Shown: positions 39,567-48,325 of the stretch, piece after piece
Position numbering within the stretch: position 1 is the stretch's first letter
Layout of the letters: each line of letters begins with the position of its first letter
Notes under the pieces: model-generated
Told to the model about the DNA's origin: nothing
The model's database searches: none
The model's input: only the letters and a program-made list of their open reading frames with translations
Made by a program: the position numbers and the translations under genes
Origin: a virus
Length of the DNA: 64,000 nt
Reading direction: 5' to 3' (one strand)
IMG/VR virus record: IMGVR_UViG_3300009130_000010
Coordinates: 1 to 64,000 of that record

Positions 39567-42296
39567 TTACGAATAGTTAGCATCTCTTAATTCACGAATA
39601 CCAAAACCTGTTTTTTGGTTTACATTCAAGATTTTCGATAAAAGATCTATTTGTTCAAATAATGCCGAATTGCTTGTGTTTAATCCTTGTCCAGTTTCAC
39701 CTGCTAAACGTGAAACCCCATCATTTAATTGTTGAAGTAAAGCTACAACACTCATATTACCTGATTTTGTAGCTAAATCATGTGACGGTGTAATTGTACC
39801 TGCTGTACTTGGTGAAAATAATTCTGCTCCACGCTCACCTACCCAATAAGGAGTATTCATTCCTACTGGTCCACCGTATTTTCTAAATGGAGCAGTAAGG
39901 CCGGCCGACATAATCTCATTGTTTATGTTGTGGCGTATCCACCACAAATCTCTTTTCTTAGGAGACCATCCTTGGAAAGTACCCATAAAATCTGGGTCCA
40001 TTTGTCCTGGACCACCATAATGCTGTGACGCACCAATACCATTGTTGGCAAAGATTTTTGACATCTCATCAATAGTTGGTGTAACAGTTGCTGGAATAGA
40101 TCCGCCATTCTGCCACATTAAGTCGATTAAATTCTTGGCAAAATTACTACTTGCTATTCTATATGAAGAACCATCTCCTATACCCATATCATCTCTAGCA
40201 GTAGACCATTGTGTTAACATAGACGCTAGTGCCGATTTATGACCATAGTTAGCAGTACCATCCTTACCATCAAGTTTAGGTGTAACAGTAGATTGAGCTG
40301 TTATTTCTTCTACAGCCGCCGCTGTATCAACTCTATTTCTCTCTCTAATTTTAGCAACTATACCTAGACCTTCTTTTTTGCTTCTACCAAATCCCATTAA
40401 TACAGCTCTAGCATCTTCACCAGATAAACCTGATATTTCATCTGAGGACATACCTGTTTTATCTCCTAAAGCAGTAACTTGGTCTCTTAATTCTGAAGTA
40501 CTTGTGCCTCCCATTAAGAAGTCCCATGGTGCCGCGGCAACTATACTAAACGAACTATAAAAATCTTGAAAGGTTATTAACATCGAAGCTAAAGAATTTT
40601 TTATCCCACTAGCAGATGTTTGGAATGATGCAATAGTAGTGCCTAAGTCTGATGTTGGTTTTGTAAGGTCAGAAACTGCTGTTTGGATCGAGTTAATATT
40701 ATCAAAAAACTCTGTTAAATCTTTTCCTACTTCTTCACTAAAACCATACTGTTCAGCTAAATTTGCCGCTGTATCTTGTAGCCCTTGAGCTATCTCACCA
40801 CTTAATTGATCTAGCTTACCTTTAATTTCTACAAATGTACCACCAATACCTGTTGCTTCTATACCTTCTTTAATACCTTTCCAAGTTTCTTCTTGGTCTT
40901 CTACTGCTTCAGTTTGCTTTTTGATAATTTGATTACCTTGCTCATTAATTTTCTTAAAACCGCCCGTAGCCAACAAGGCTTGAGTGGCAACATCATTAAT
41001 ACCATACAACCCTTGGAATTCTTTAGATCTATTAATAACTTGTCCTGACAATCCATGCATATTACTAAAGAATTGTTCTTGTGTTATTTGTCCATTAGCA
41101 ACTTGTTCCGACCATAAACGTATTTGTTCAGCCGCTTCTGGATTCGCCGCCATGAATTCTTTTACGCCTGGTGTACCTGCCGCAATTTCTGCCGCTAAAC
41201 TTCTGCCGGCAAAGCCAGCCATCATAATATTATCTACAGCACTACCTGGATCAAAGTATGATCTCATTAACGCCATTGCTTCTTTGGCATCTTGTGTCGC
41301 GTAACTTAATGCCAATTCGGCATCTGCTCTTAATTCCATTTGAGCAATTTCTGACGCTAACTGTTTTCTATTTTTACCTGTTAATGTAACTATCTTGCCT
41401 AAGTCTGAGATATACTCTCTATACATCTGACTTTGTGTAGCATAACTGGCATTATTGAAATCTGTATTTCTTTGTTGTGAAACCATGTAATCTGCTAATA
41501 ACTCTGCTTGTTCTTCGAACATAATACCCATAGCATATAAGTTACCACCAAATTGATTTTTTGTAATGTCAGCTAACTCGACAAAATGTTTTGTACCAGC
41601 TCTAACTGTACCACCAAATACAGCAAAGCCTTTAGCATTTTGTTGAACTAGTTGTGTGAAAGAATTTAAATTTAATCCTAGACCTCTAATATCTGCTGAT
41701 ATTTTAACAACGTCTGAATGATAATTAGCACCCTGTTGAGATAAAGCAACAAATCCATCTGTTACATTTTGAGCATAAGCGGCCACGGCCATTAAACCAG
41801 CACCAGCTACGGCAGTCGCACCTTTTACAACTGTACCCAATGAACCAATAACAGGTACAGCGCCTGCCATACCTTGAGTTAATTCTTCTGCTAATTCTCC
41901 TGCTTGGCTTAATCCTGATTGTGCGGCTCGACCTAATGTTTCAAAACTCATCGGTCCTCGAACAAGTTGGGTAATTACTGATCCAGTACTCTTGGCAATT
42001 TTGCCTAATTCTTTACCTATCTTGTTACCGATTTCTGTAAATGTCTTTGAGGAAGTTTGTTCGATATCGTCAAATGTTTCAACAACTTTGCCTAAATCAA
42101 CAGAAGCATTTTTCAGATTTTTAGCCGCTGTATTCATGGACTTTTCAGTTTCTTTTAATTTTGAAGCCCCGCCGACACCTGATCCTCCAGCAGAACCTTG
42201 CCTTTTTAACTCCTCAACAAGCTCTTTAAGAGTTTCTTCGCTCGCGGCATCATTTAATGTTATCTGATCACCATCTATTTGTATTGTTGTTGCCAT
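39567..42296 (-). CDS. Tail tape measure protein
   Basis: 909 aa helical Ala/Gly-rich; N-terminal NDAASEETL; C-terminal YGGPV..PYWVGERGAELFSP; divergent from the tail chaperone genes. Confidence 0.78.
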   Translation of the reverse strand: MATTIQIDGDQITLNDAASEETLKELVEELKRQGSAGGSGVGGASKLKETEKSMNTAAKNLKNASVDLGKVVETFDDIEQTSSKTFTEIGNKIGKELGKIAKSTGSVITQLVRGPMSFETLGRAAQSGLSQAGELAEELTQGMAGAVPVIGSLGTVVKGATAVAGAGLMAVAAYAQNVTDGFVALSQQGANYHSDVVKISADIRGLGLNLNSFTQLVQQNAKGFAVFGGTVRAGTKHFVELADITKNQFGGNLYAMGIMFEEQAELLADYMVSQQRNTDFNNASYATQSQMYREYISDLGKIVTLTGKNRKQLASEIAQMELRADAELALSYATQDAKEAMALMRSYFDPGSAVDNIMMAGFAGRSLAAEIAAGTPGVKEFMAANPEAAEQIRLWSEQVANGQITQEQFFSNMHGLSGQVINRSKEFQGLYGINDVATQALLATGGFKKINEQGNQIIKKQTEAVEDQEETWKGIKEGIEATGIGGTFVEIKGKLDQLSGEIAQGLQDTAANLAEQYGFSEEVGKDLTEFFDNINSIQTAVSDLTKPTSDLGTTIASFQTSASGIKNSLASMLITFQDFYSSFSIVAAAPWDFLMGGTSTSELRDQVTALGDKTGMSSDEISGLSGEDARAVLMGFGRSKKEGLGIVAKIRERNRVDTAAAVEEITAQSTVTPKLDGKDGTANYGHKSALASMLTQWSTARDDMGIGDGSSYRIASSNFAKNLIDLMWQNGGSIPATVTPTIDEMSKIFANNGIGASQHYGGPGQMDPDFMGTFQGWSPKKRDLWWIRHNINNEIMSAGLTAPFRKYGGPVGMNTPYWVGERGAELFSPSTAGTITPSHDLATKSGNMSVVALLQQLNDGVSRLAGETGQGLNTSNSALFEQIDLLSKILNVNQKTGFGIRELRDANYS

Positions 42297-42377
42297 ATTC
42301 TAAATTCACCATTATATAGTCATATAAATACAATGACTAACTACTATTATTAAATGTATTTAGCGGAGAAAAAATCG

Positions 42378-43316
42378 ATGGAAAAAGAAAAACAAAGTTT
42401 GGCTGAGGTTTTTGCGCCAGCTGACGAAAAAGGTGAAAAAGCTCCTATTAAACAACCAAATCCACTACAGGCATACTTTCGTAGGCCTTCAATTTATATT
42501 AAATTACCAACAGGTGGAAGGTATAATACAGTTGAAGAAATAGAAGTACCACCAAATGGTGAAATTCCTGTTTATCCTATGACAGCAAAGGACGAAATCT
42601 TAATGAGAACTCCTGATGCTTTAATGAACGGTGCTACTACTGTAGACGTTATCCAAAGTTGTGTACCAGCAATTAAAAATGCTTGGAAATTAACTTCTTT
42701 AGATGTCGACCTAGTACTTGTTAGTATTCGAATTGCTAGTTACGGAGAAACTACTGATGTTAAAGGTGTTTGTCCTAAATGTACTGAAGAAACAACATTT
42801 GAACTAGACTTACGAACAATTACTGACAGAGTATCGTCAATAAAATTTCAAGAAGACTTAACTATAGGTGACTTACAAATAAAGTTTGCTCCATTAACTT
42901 ATGATACAGCTACTAAAGGAGCACTTAAAAACTTTGAACAGCAACGTATGGTTCAATCTATTAGTAATACAGATGATCCAAATACTTCAGCAGAAGAAAG
43001 GCTTGAAAAATTTCAAAGTGCTTTTCTAAGATTAACAATGTATAATGTTGGAATTTTAGCAGATACTATTAAAAGTGTTACTACACCAACAGACGTTGTT
43101 ACTGATCGTAATATGATTTCTGAGTTTGTAGCAAACGCTGATCATAAAACTTTTAATGCTATTAAAGATCATTTAGGAAAAGAAAAACAACAAACAACTA
43201 TACCACCAATAAAATTCAAGTGTGATGGTTTTACTGATCTAGAAGGCAAAAAGACAGCGTGTGATGGCGAATGGGAACAACCATTTACAATAGATAATTC
43301 AACTTTTTTCGCATAA
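42378..43316 (+). CDS. Baseplate hub/tail assembly chaperone (T4 gp26-like)
   Basis: NPLQAYFRRP, LPTGG, PMTAKDE, DALMNG, IRIASYG, CPKC; GGAG SD fits ATG 42378. Confidence 0.8.
   Translation: MEKEKQSLAEVFAPADEKGEKAPIKQPNPLQAYFRRPSIYIKLPTGGRYNTVEEIEVPPNGEIPVYPMTAKDEILMRTPDALMNGATTVDVIQSCVPAIKNAWKLTSLDVDLVLVSIRIASYGETTDVKGVCPKCTEETTFELDLRTITDRVSSIKFQEDLTIGDLQIKFAPLTYDTATKGALKNFEQQRMVQSISNTDDPNTSAEERLEKFQSAFLRLTMYNVGILADTIKSVTTPTDVVTDRNMISEFVANADHKTFNAIKDHLGKEKQQTTIPPIKFKCDGFTDLEGKKTACDGEWEQPFTIDNSTFFA
43304..43310 (+). other. Putative -1 programmed ribosomal frameshift heptamer T TTT TTC
   Basis: X XXY YYZ heptamer one codon before the stop. The -1 frame continues directly into 43322..43540. 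Confidence 0.7.
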
Positions 43317-43321
43317 GGCTT

Positions 43322-43540
43322 TTGGCGTTAAGCAATGAAGAGATTGTTAAATTATTAGACGAATTTGACAAGCAGACAAAAGCCCTAGAAAAAGAACTCT
43401 TAGAAATAACCTGGTATATGAGGGGTGGGATATCCTATTCTGAAGCTACTGGTTTATCTTCTAGTGAGAGAAGACATATTAACGAAATCATTAAACAAAA
43501 TATTAAAAACGTTAACGAAACGAAACTTCCCCTATTATAA
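43322..43540 (+). CDS. gp51-like tail assembly chaperone, probably made as the C-terminal part of a frameshift fusion
   Basis: WYMRGGISYSE...SERRHI; only a TTG start and no SD. Confidence 0.7.
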   Translation: MALSNEEIVKLLDEFDKQTKALEKELLEITWYMRGGISYSEATGLSSSERRHINEIIKQNIKNVNETKLPLL

Positions 43541-43587
43541 CAAAAACGTTCATCGAATAAATACTACTGAGTGAGGAGTATTATTAC

Positions 43588-44538
43588 ATGAACTTTCTAA
43601 AACTAGTTTTGGCCACTTGTATAGTGGCAATGTTGTCTATGTCTGCTTTAGCGGATACGTCAAGTACTGGCGCCACTACAAACACACAAACAGCAACAAC
43701 AGGATCTAACACTACTATATCAGGTGGTTATTCAGCTGAATCAACTACTACATATCAAGATGGTTCAACTAATGATACCACAAGTACTACTAATAATACT
43801 ACTAACAATAACAACAATACTAAAGTTCCAGTACCTACAGCGAGTGCTCCAAGCATGAGTGCTTACTCCCAAGATATATGTGCTGTTGGAAAATCAGGTG
43901 GAATACAAGCACCTGGATTTGGTATATCAGGTGGTACTACAACACGTGATATGAACTGTGAACGTATGAAGCTTTCTAAACTGTTGAACGATTACGGTAT
44001 GAAAGTCGCGGCTGTGGCAATACTTTGTCAAGATCCAAGAGTGTTTGAAGCTATGGAACAAGCAGGAACACCATGTCCGTTTGAAGGTAGAATTGGTTCT
44101 GCGGCAATGGAGCAATGGAAAAAGTATGACATTGAAAGACCTGATTACGAAAAATATGTTGAAAAAATGGACGAACGTTTAGAAATAGATGAACGTATTA
44201 TGAAAGAAGAAGGCGTACTTGAAGAAAACGAAACATTAAAAACAGACGTTAAAACTATTAGTAAAGAAAACAAACAGTTACAAAAAGATATTGAAGAATT
44301 AAAGAAAATGCAAGAAGAATTAATTAAAGCTCAAAAGGAAGAAGTTAAACGTCTTACAGCTTTAGTTCCTGAGGTTCATGAAGATGAAGAAGTTCCTGTT
44401 GAGGAGGAAATTATACTTCCTAAACCTAAACCAAATAACATATTTGTTGAAGAAGTAATTATTGAAGATCTTCCACCAATAGAAGATCCAGAAGACATAA
44501 CATCAAACCCGTTTGAAATTAAAAATATGGGTAGGTAA
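43588..44538 (+). CDS. Exported protein with signal peptide, Cys-containing domain and coiled coil
   Basis: MNFLKLVLATCIVAMLSMSALA signal; QDICAVG...DMNCERMKLSK...LCQDPRV...TPCP; GAGGAG SD; TAAATA at 43558. Confidence 0.75.
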   Translation: MNFLKLVLATCIVAMLSMSALADTSSTGATTNTQTATTGSNTTISGGYSAESTTTYQDGSTNDTTSTTNNTTNNNNNTKVPVPTASAPSMSAYSQDICAVGKSGGIQAPGFGISGGTTTRDMNCERMKLSKLLNDYGMKVAAVAILCQDPRVFEAMEQAGTPCPFEGRIGSAAMEQWKKYDIERPDYEKYVEKMDERLEIDERIMKEEGVLEENETLKTDVKTISKENKQLQKDIEELKKMQEELIKAQKEEVKRLTALVPEVHEDEEVPVEEEIILPKPKPNNIFVEEVIIEDLPPIEDPEDITSNPFEIKNMGR

Positions 44539-44540
44539 AA

Positions 44541-46301
44541 ATGAATAAGTGGCTCCTTGCTCTTATATTTGTTTTAGCATTAGGTTACACAAATGTTAAT
44601 GCTGAAACAACTACTACATCATCAGTTAGTTGCGTTGATACAGATAATACACCTGAAGAAGGTGATACAACTACAGTATGTACAACCACTACTGTTACAA
44701 CTGTAACCACACCAGAGTCAACTACAACTACAACAACTACATCAGAAAATCTTACAAGTTCAGGAGACATATTAACTAACTCAACTTTTGGTGGTCCTGG
44801 CACCGGATATGATGCTACAGGCTGGACTGTTGAAACTAATCCTGGCTACCACTCTGGTACTAACGCCTATAATAATGGAGGAAGTACAGTAGGTGGTGTT
44901 GTCGCAAGTGGTGACCAAACAGTTATTCATCAAACTGTTTCATCAGTTAAGACAGCAACTGGAATGTCAGAAGCAGAATTACAACATGGCTTCCGTTCAA
45001 CACTATCAGCAAGATTATGGTTTTGGAATGTTAAAACTAATACAATAACACTTAAACAAACTATTACAGACAATAGTGGAAATGCTACTGTACAAACAAG
45101 AACTCTTACTGATACAGGTTGTGGAAGTAATAACTGTGGTGCATGGGAATCTTTTGATGATACTTACATACAAGGTACCAATACAGCAACCGACTTCTCT
45201 ATTAAAGCAGAAGTAAGCAACGATGTTCATGGTGGCAACTGGCATCAATCAGTACACTACGGACCAGATATTGATGATATAGAATTAAATATACAACACA
45301 ACGAAATTACAACAACTACAACAACTGTTCCAGCAAGTTCAACTTCTTCAACAGCAACATCAACAGCAACTACAATAGAATACTGTTGGCAAAAAGTTCC
45401 ATCGACGTGTGCTGGTAATCAACCAGGATTAGATGATGTTGAGGAACAAATTACTGATGCTGTTACTAACATTACAACTGAAGATGTAACTGTTATTGAT
45501 GTTACAAACTTAGATGTTCAAACTATAGAAATTGTTGACGTTACAATAGACGAAGCAATAACTCAAGAACTATCAATATCAGAACCAGAAACAACATTTG
45601 AAGAAGCATTTAATAATATAATAGAAGAAGCAGGGTTAGAAGAAACATTCAACGACGCATTAGCAGAAGAAGATATAACTGAACAAGAATTTTTTGACGA
45701 AGTTGAAGAAGTAATGGAAGAAGAAATGGCATCTACTACAGAAGTAGAAACCGAAACAGAAGTTGAAACTGAAACTACGGAGACACCAAATGAAGAAACA
45801 ACAGAAACAGAAGAAATACAAGAGTCCGATAGTGATGTTGAAGAGCAAGTGGAAGGAAGTGGAGAGACCGAACTTGCGGAAACAGATGGTGAAGATGCGA
45901 ATATTGGAGAAGTTACAGTAGAAGATAAAGTTGCTGACATACAAGCAAAAATTGAAAAAGTTATTGCTAAAGTAGAAGCAAACTTACAACGTGTAGATTT
46001 AAAATTAAAAGCAACTGCCTTTATACTTGCTAAAGCAATGGTCGACCAACAACCAGATATGTCGGAATATACCCAAAAAGAATTTTATAAAACAGTCCAA
46101 TTACCCGATAATACAGATTGGTATGCTGAAGCTACAATTTTAGAAACGTATGGTAGATCAATTTACCAAGATATAACATTGGCGGCTTACCAGGCAACAG
46201 ATCCTGTTGCCCAATATGAACAAAAGATAAATACTGTAAATAATAATATCAGCGTATTAGAAGCTGAATTGGAGGTAATGAGAAATGAGCTTAATCAATA
46301 A
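44541..46301 (+). CDS. Exported protein: signal peptide, beta domain, acidic linker, C-terminal coiled coil
   Basis: MNKWLLALIFVLALGYTNVNA signal; Thr-rich and Glu-rich tracts; paired Cys. Confidence 0.75.
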   Translation: MNKWLLALIFVLALGYTNVNAETTTTSSVSCVDTDNTPEEGDTTTVCTTTTVTTVTTPESTTTTTTTSENLTSSGDILTNSTFGGPGTGYDATGWTVETNPGYHSGTNAYNNGGSTVGGVVASGDQTVIHQTVSSVKTATGMSEAELQHGFRSTLSARLWFWNVKTNTITLKQTITDNSGNATVQTRTLTDTGCGSNNCGAWESFDDTYIQGTNTATDFSIKAEVSNDVHGGNWHQSVHYGPDIDDIELNIQHNEITTTTTTVPASSTSSTATSTATTIEYCWQKVPSTCAGNQPGLDDVEEQITDAVTNITTEDVTVIDVTNLDVQTIEIVDVTIDEAITQELSISEPETTFEEAFNNIIEEAGLEETFNDALAEEDITEQEFFDEVEEVMEEEMASTTEVETETEVETETTETPNEETTETEEIQESDSDVEEQVEGSGETELAETDGEDANIGEVTVEDKVADIQAKIEKVIAKVEANLQRVDLKLKATAFILAKAMVDQQPDMSEYTQKEFYKTVQLPDNTDWYAEATILETYGRSIYQDITLAAYQATDPVAQYEQKINTVNNNISVLEAELEVMRNELNQ

Positions 46302-46752
46302 ACTTACAACCTACGCATCATTGATTGGAGTCATCGGTGCCATTGGAGGAGGCTTTTACGCTTGGGGTGAATTCAACACTCGTTTAACAGCTATTGAAAA
46401 TAAACAATTTGTAGTAAACGAAACTGTTGATCTTACACCAACAAATGATAGAATTTCAGCATTGGAAGTAGATCTAATCGATCGAATAAATGCTTTGAAA
46501 GAACAAGTAGAGTCAGGTCAAGAAATTGATCTTACTGAAATATCAGAAACTATTGTAGAACTAAACCGTTCATTAACAGCAAAAATAAACGAATCTAGCG
46601 ATAGTATTAAATCTGATTTAAATGCTATGAAAGAAACATTAACAGAAGTTGATAAAAAAGTTGCTATAGCATTAAAAGAGAATGAGTTACAAGACGAAAA
46701 AATAGAATCAAATAGACTTAAAGCAACAAACCCGTTAGCTAACTCAAACTAA
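46285..46752 (+). CDS. N-terminally membrane-anchored coiled-coil protein
   Basis: YASLIGVIGAIGGGFYAW TM segment followed by heptads; ends NPLANSN; overlaps the previous gene. Confidence 0.75.
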   Translation: MSLINKLTTYASLIGVIGAIGGGFYAWGEFNTRLTAIENKQFVVNETVDLTPTNDRISALEVDLIDRINALKEQVESGQEIDLTEISETIVELNRSLTAKINESSDSIKSDLNAMKETLTEVDKKVAIALKENELQDEKIESNRLKATNPLANSN

Positions 46753-46824
46753 ATTCCATTATTTAATGGCCGTACACCAAATAACATACTTTAATGTTTA
46801 GTACAGTCATCTAAATAATAACCT

Positions 46825-47013
46825 ATGTACACAAGATACAACGTGGTTAACAAGCAAACCAAAGATATTTATTGTACGGTTTTTTCGTTAGAAGAAGCCC
46901 AGCAAGTTATTGACATGGAAAAAATAAACCATCCTCATTGGGAATTAATCGTAGAAAAAATAGAAGTAAGTCCGGTTAAAAATGGTTTTGGCCGTGATCC
47001 TGATTTACATTAA
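46825..47013 (+). CDS. Small hypothetical protein
   Basis: 62 aa ORF with TAAATA 7 nt upstream. Confidence 0.6.
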   Translation: MYTRYNVVNKQTKDIYCTVFSLEEAQQVIDMEKINHPHWELIVEKIEVSPVKNGFGRDPDLH

Positions 47014-47069
47014 GAGCTCTTGAGCGACCAGTCAGAGTTTCCTGAAACATTAATATACTAGTAGAACTT

Positions 47070-47517
47070 TAACAATATCAGCTTCGCTGATATGTTTTTT
47101 CGCTTTCGCTCAAAACACTTATTTGTTATAACGAAATTTATTTCGTTTATCATTCAGATATTTTGCCCATACTTCACCCGCTAGGGGCAAAGTATAAGGT
47201 AGTTCATCATTCGAGTAACTCACCCATAACGTCTAAGAAGATTTAGTATTACTACTAACGGAGGCGGAAACCCGCTAACCCCCTACTTCAGCTTCACATA
47301 AGTTTCGGAACATTTATTCACCCAGAACGTCGAATGTTTAAATGTTGAAGTTGTATCTTTTTCACAGAGCTTCATCTTTTAGCCTTTAAGTATAATGGCC
47401 TTCACTTGCTACAACCCAGATCTGAGTACAGGTGTCTGTACCCTCAAGGGTATGTTTGTGAGGTAGCTATATAGTTGTTAATGTTTGCCTGAATGTTGCT
47501 GTTAATAGTATGTTATC
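47070..47517 (-). ncRNA. Candidate large structured non-coding element (RNA or ssDNA)
   Basis: Longest ORF-free gap in the window, about 9 stems, G-U pairs and GUAA/GAAA tetraloops on the minus strand. Confidence 0.55.
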
Positions 47518-48030
47518 TTAGGCACACAATGTTTTAACCAAATCTGAATTTCTTGTGAAAAATTCCTCAAAATTTGATATGCGCCAGTTAGAGCCTGTAG
47601 TGTTAGACCAGTAGTCTATATAGTTTTTTGATTTTGAATTGTGCCTAGTTTCTATGGCTATGAATTTGCCTACTTGATTGAATTTCATTATTAATATATT
47701 AAAGTCGTCTGGTACTGCTACATCCATTAGTTGAGATATCCACTCTTCTAACATTGGAATCGGTTCAGGTTGTAATAGTCTGTGAAACGGAAATGCTTTA
47801 TAAAATTTACATTCCGCATTTAGTTTAGGAAAACTTTGTCCAGGGACAATGTCTCCTTTGAAGGCTCTTACTTGACCTTCGTGAAGTATTTCCATTCTAG
47901 CTTTATTAGACCCGCCCACATAAGCACCGGAACCAGGAGCTCTTATAAAACTTTCATTGTATAGTCCGGACAAGAATCTTGCGACATCTCGCTCCCAACC
48001 TGATCCTTTTGCTTTTTGTGGGCTTGGCAT
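47518..48030 (-). CDS. Holliday junction resolvase (PD-(D/E)xK, Hjc-like)
   Basis: KAKGSGWERDVA, RAPGSGA, GDI, ECKFY. Confidence 0.85.
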   Translation of the reverse strand: MPSPQKAKGSGWERDVARFLSGLYNESFIRAPGSGAYVGGSNKARMEILHEGQVRAFKGDIVPGQSFPKLNAECKFYKAFPFHRLLQPEPIPMLEEWISQLMDVAVPDDFNILIMKFNQVGKFIAIETRHNSKSKNYIDYWSNTTGSNWRISNFEEFFTRNSDLVKTLCA

Positions 48031-48066
48031 AAATTTAAATTACTTTCTTATAAGAAAGAACTCTAA

Positions 48067-48246
48067 TTACATAGCGTTCTTTTTTTCTTGTATTTCTGCT
48101 CTACGAGATTTGCCTAACTTAGATAATTCACCTAGTGCCTTACGAGCTCTAGTAGCCGCCGCTTTATTACCTTTGCTATCAAACTTGTCAGATTCGGTCA
48201 TATAATTATTATATGCCTCAGTTATTTGCTCATGTAGTGTTGACAT
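48067..48246 (-). CDS. Small basic histone H1/Hc1-like DNA-binding protein (59 aa)
   Basis: Below the ORF-track cutoff. MSTLHEQITEAYNNYMTESDKFDSKGNKAAATRARKALGELSKLGKSRRAEIQEKKNAM; AGGAG SD; TAAATA at 48287. Confidence 0.8.
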   Translation of the reverse strand: MSTLHEQITEAYNNYMTESDKFDSKGNKAAATRARKALGELSKLGKSRRAEIQEKKNAM

Positions 48247-48325
48247 TTTTTTCTCCTATTAGCTGTATAATCCAGCTATTGTGTTTTATTTACTGTTTAA
48301 GGTACCTAGGACAACGATTTCTGAA

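Noticed and set aside
44600-45800. ACA/ACT and GAA-rich tandem-like repeats as a CRISPR array or satellite
   Set aside because: Simple Thr- and Glu-rich coding tracts with no repeat-spacer periodicity.
47014-47517. tRNA, tmRNA, RNase P, group I intron or retron msr-msd in the large gap
   Set aside because: No T-loop/CCA end, no P4 or P7 consensus, no interrupted gene, and no reverse transcriptase in the window. Kept only as an unclassified structured element.
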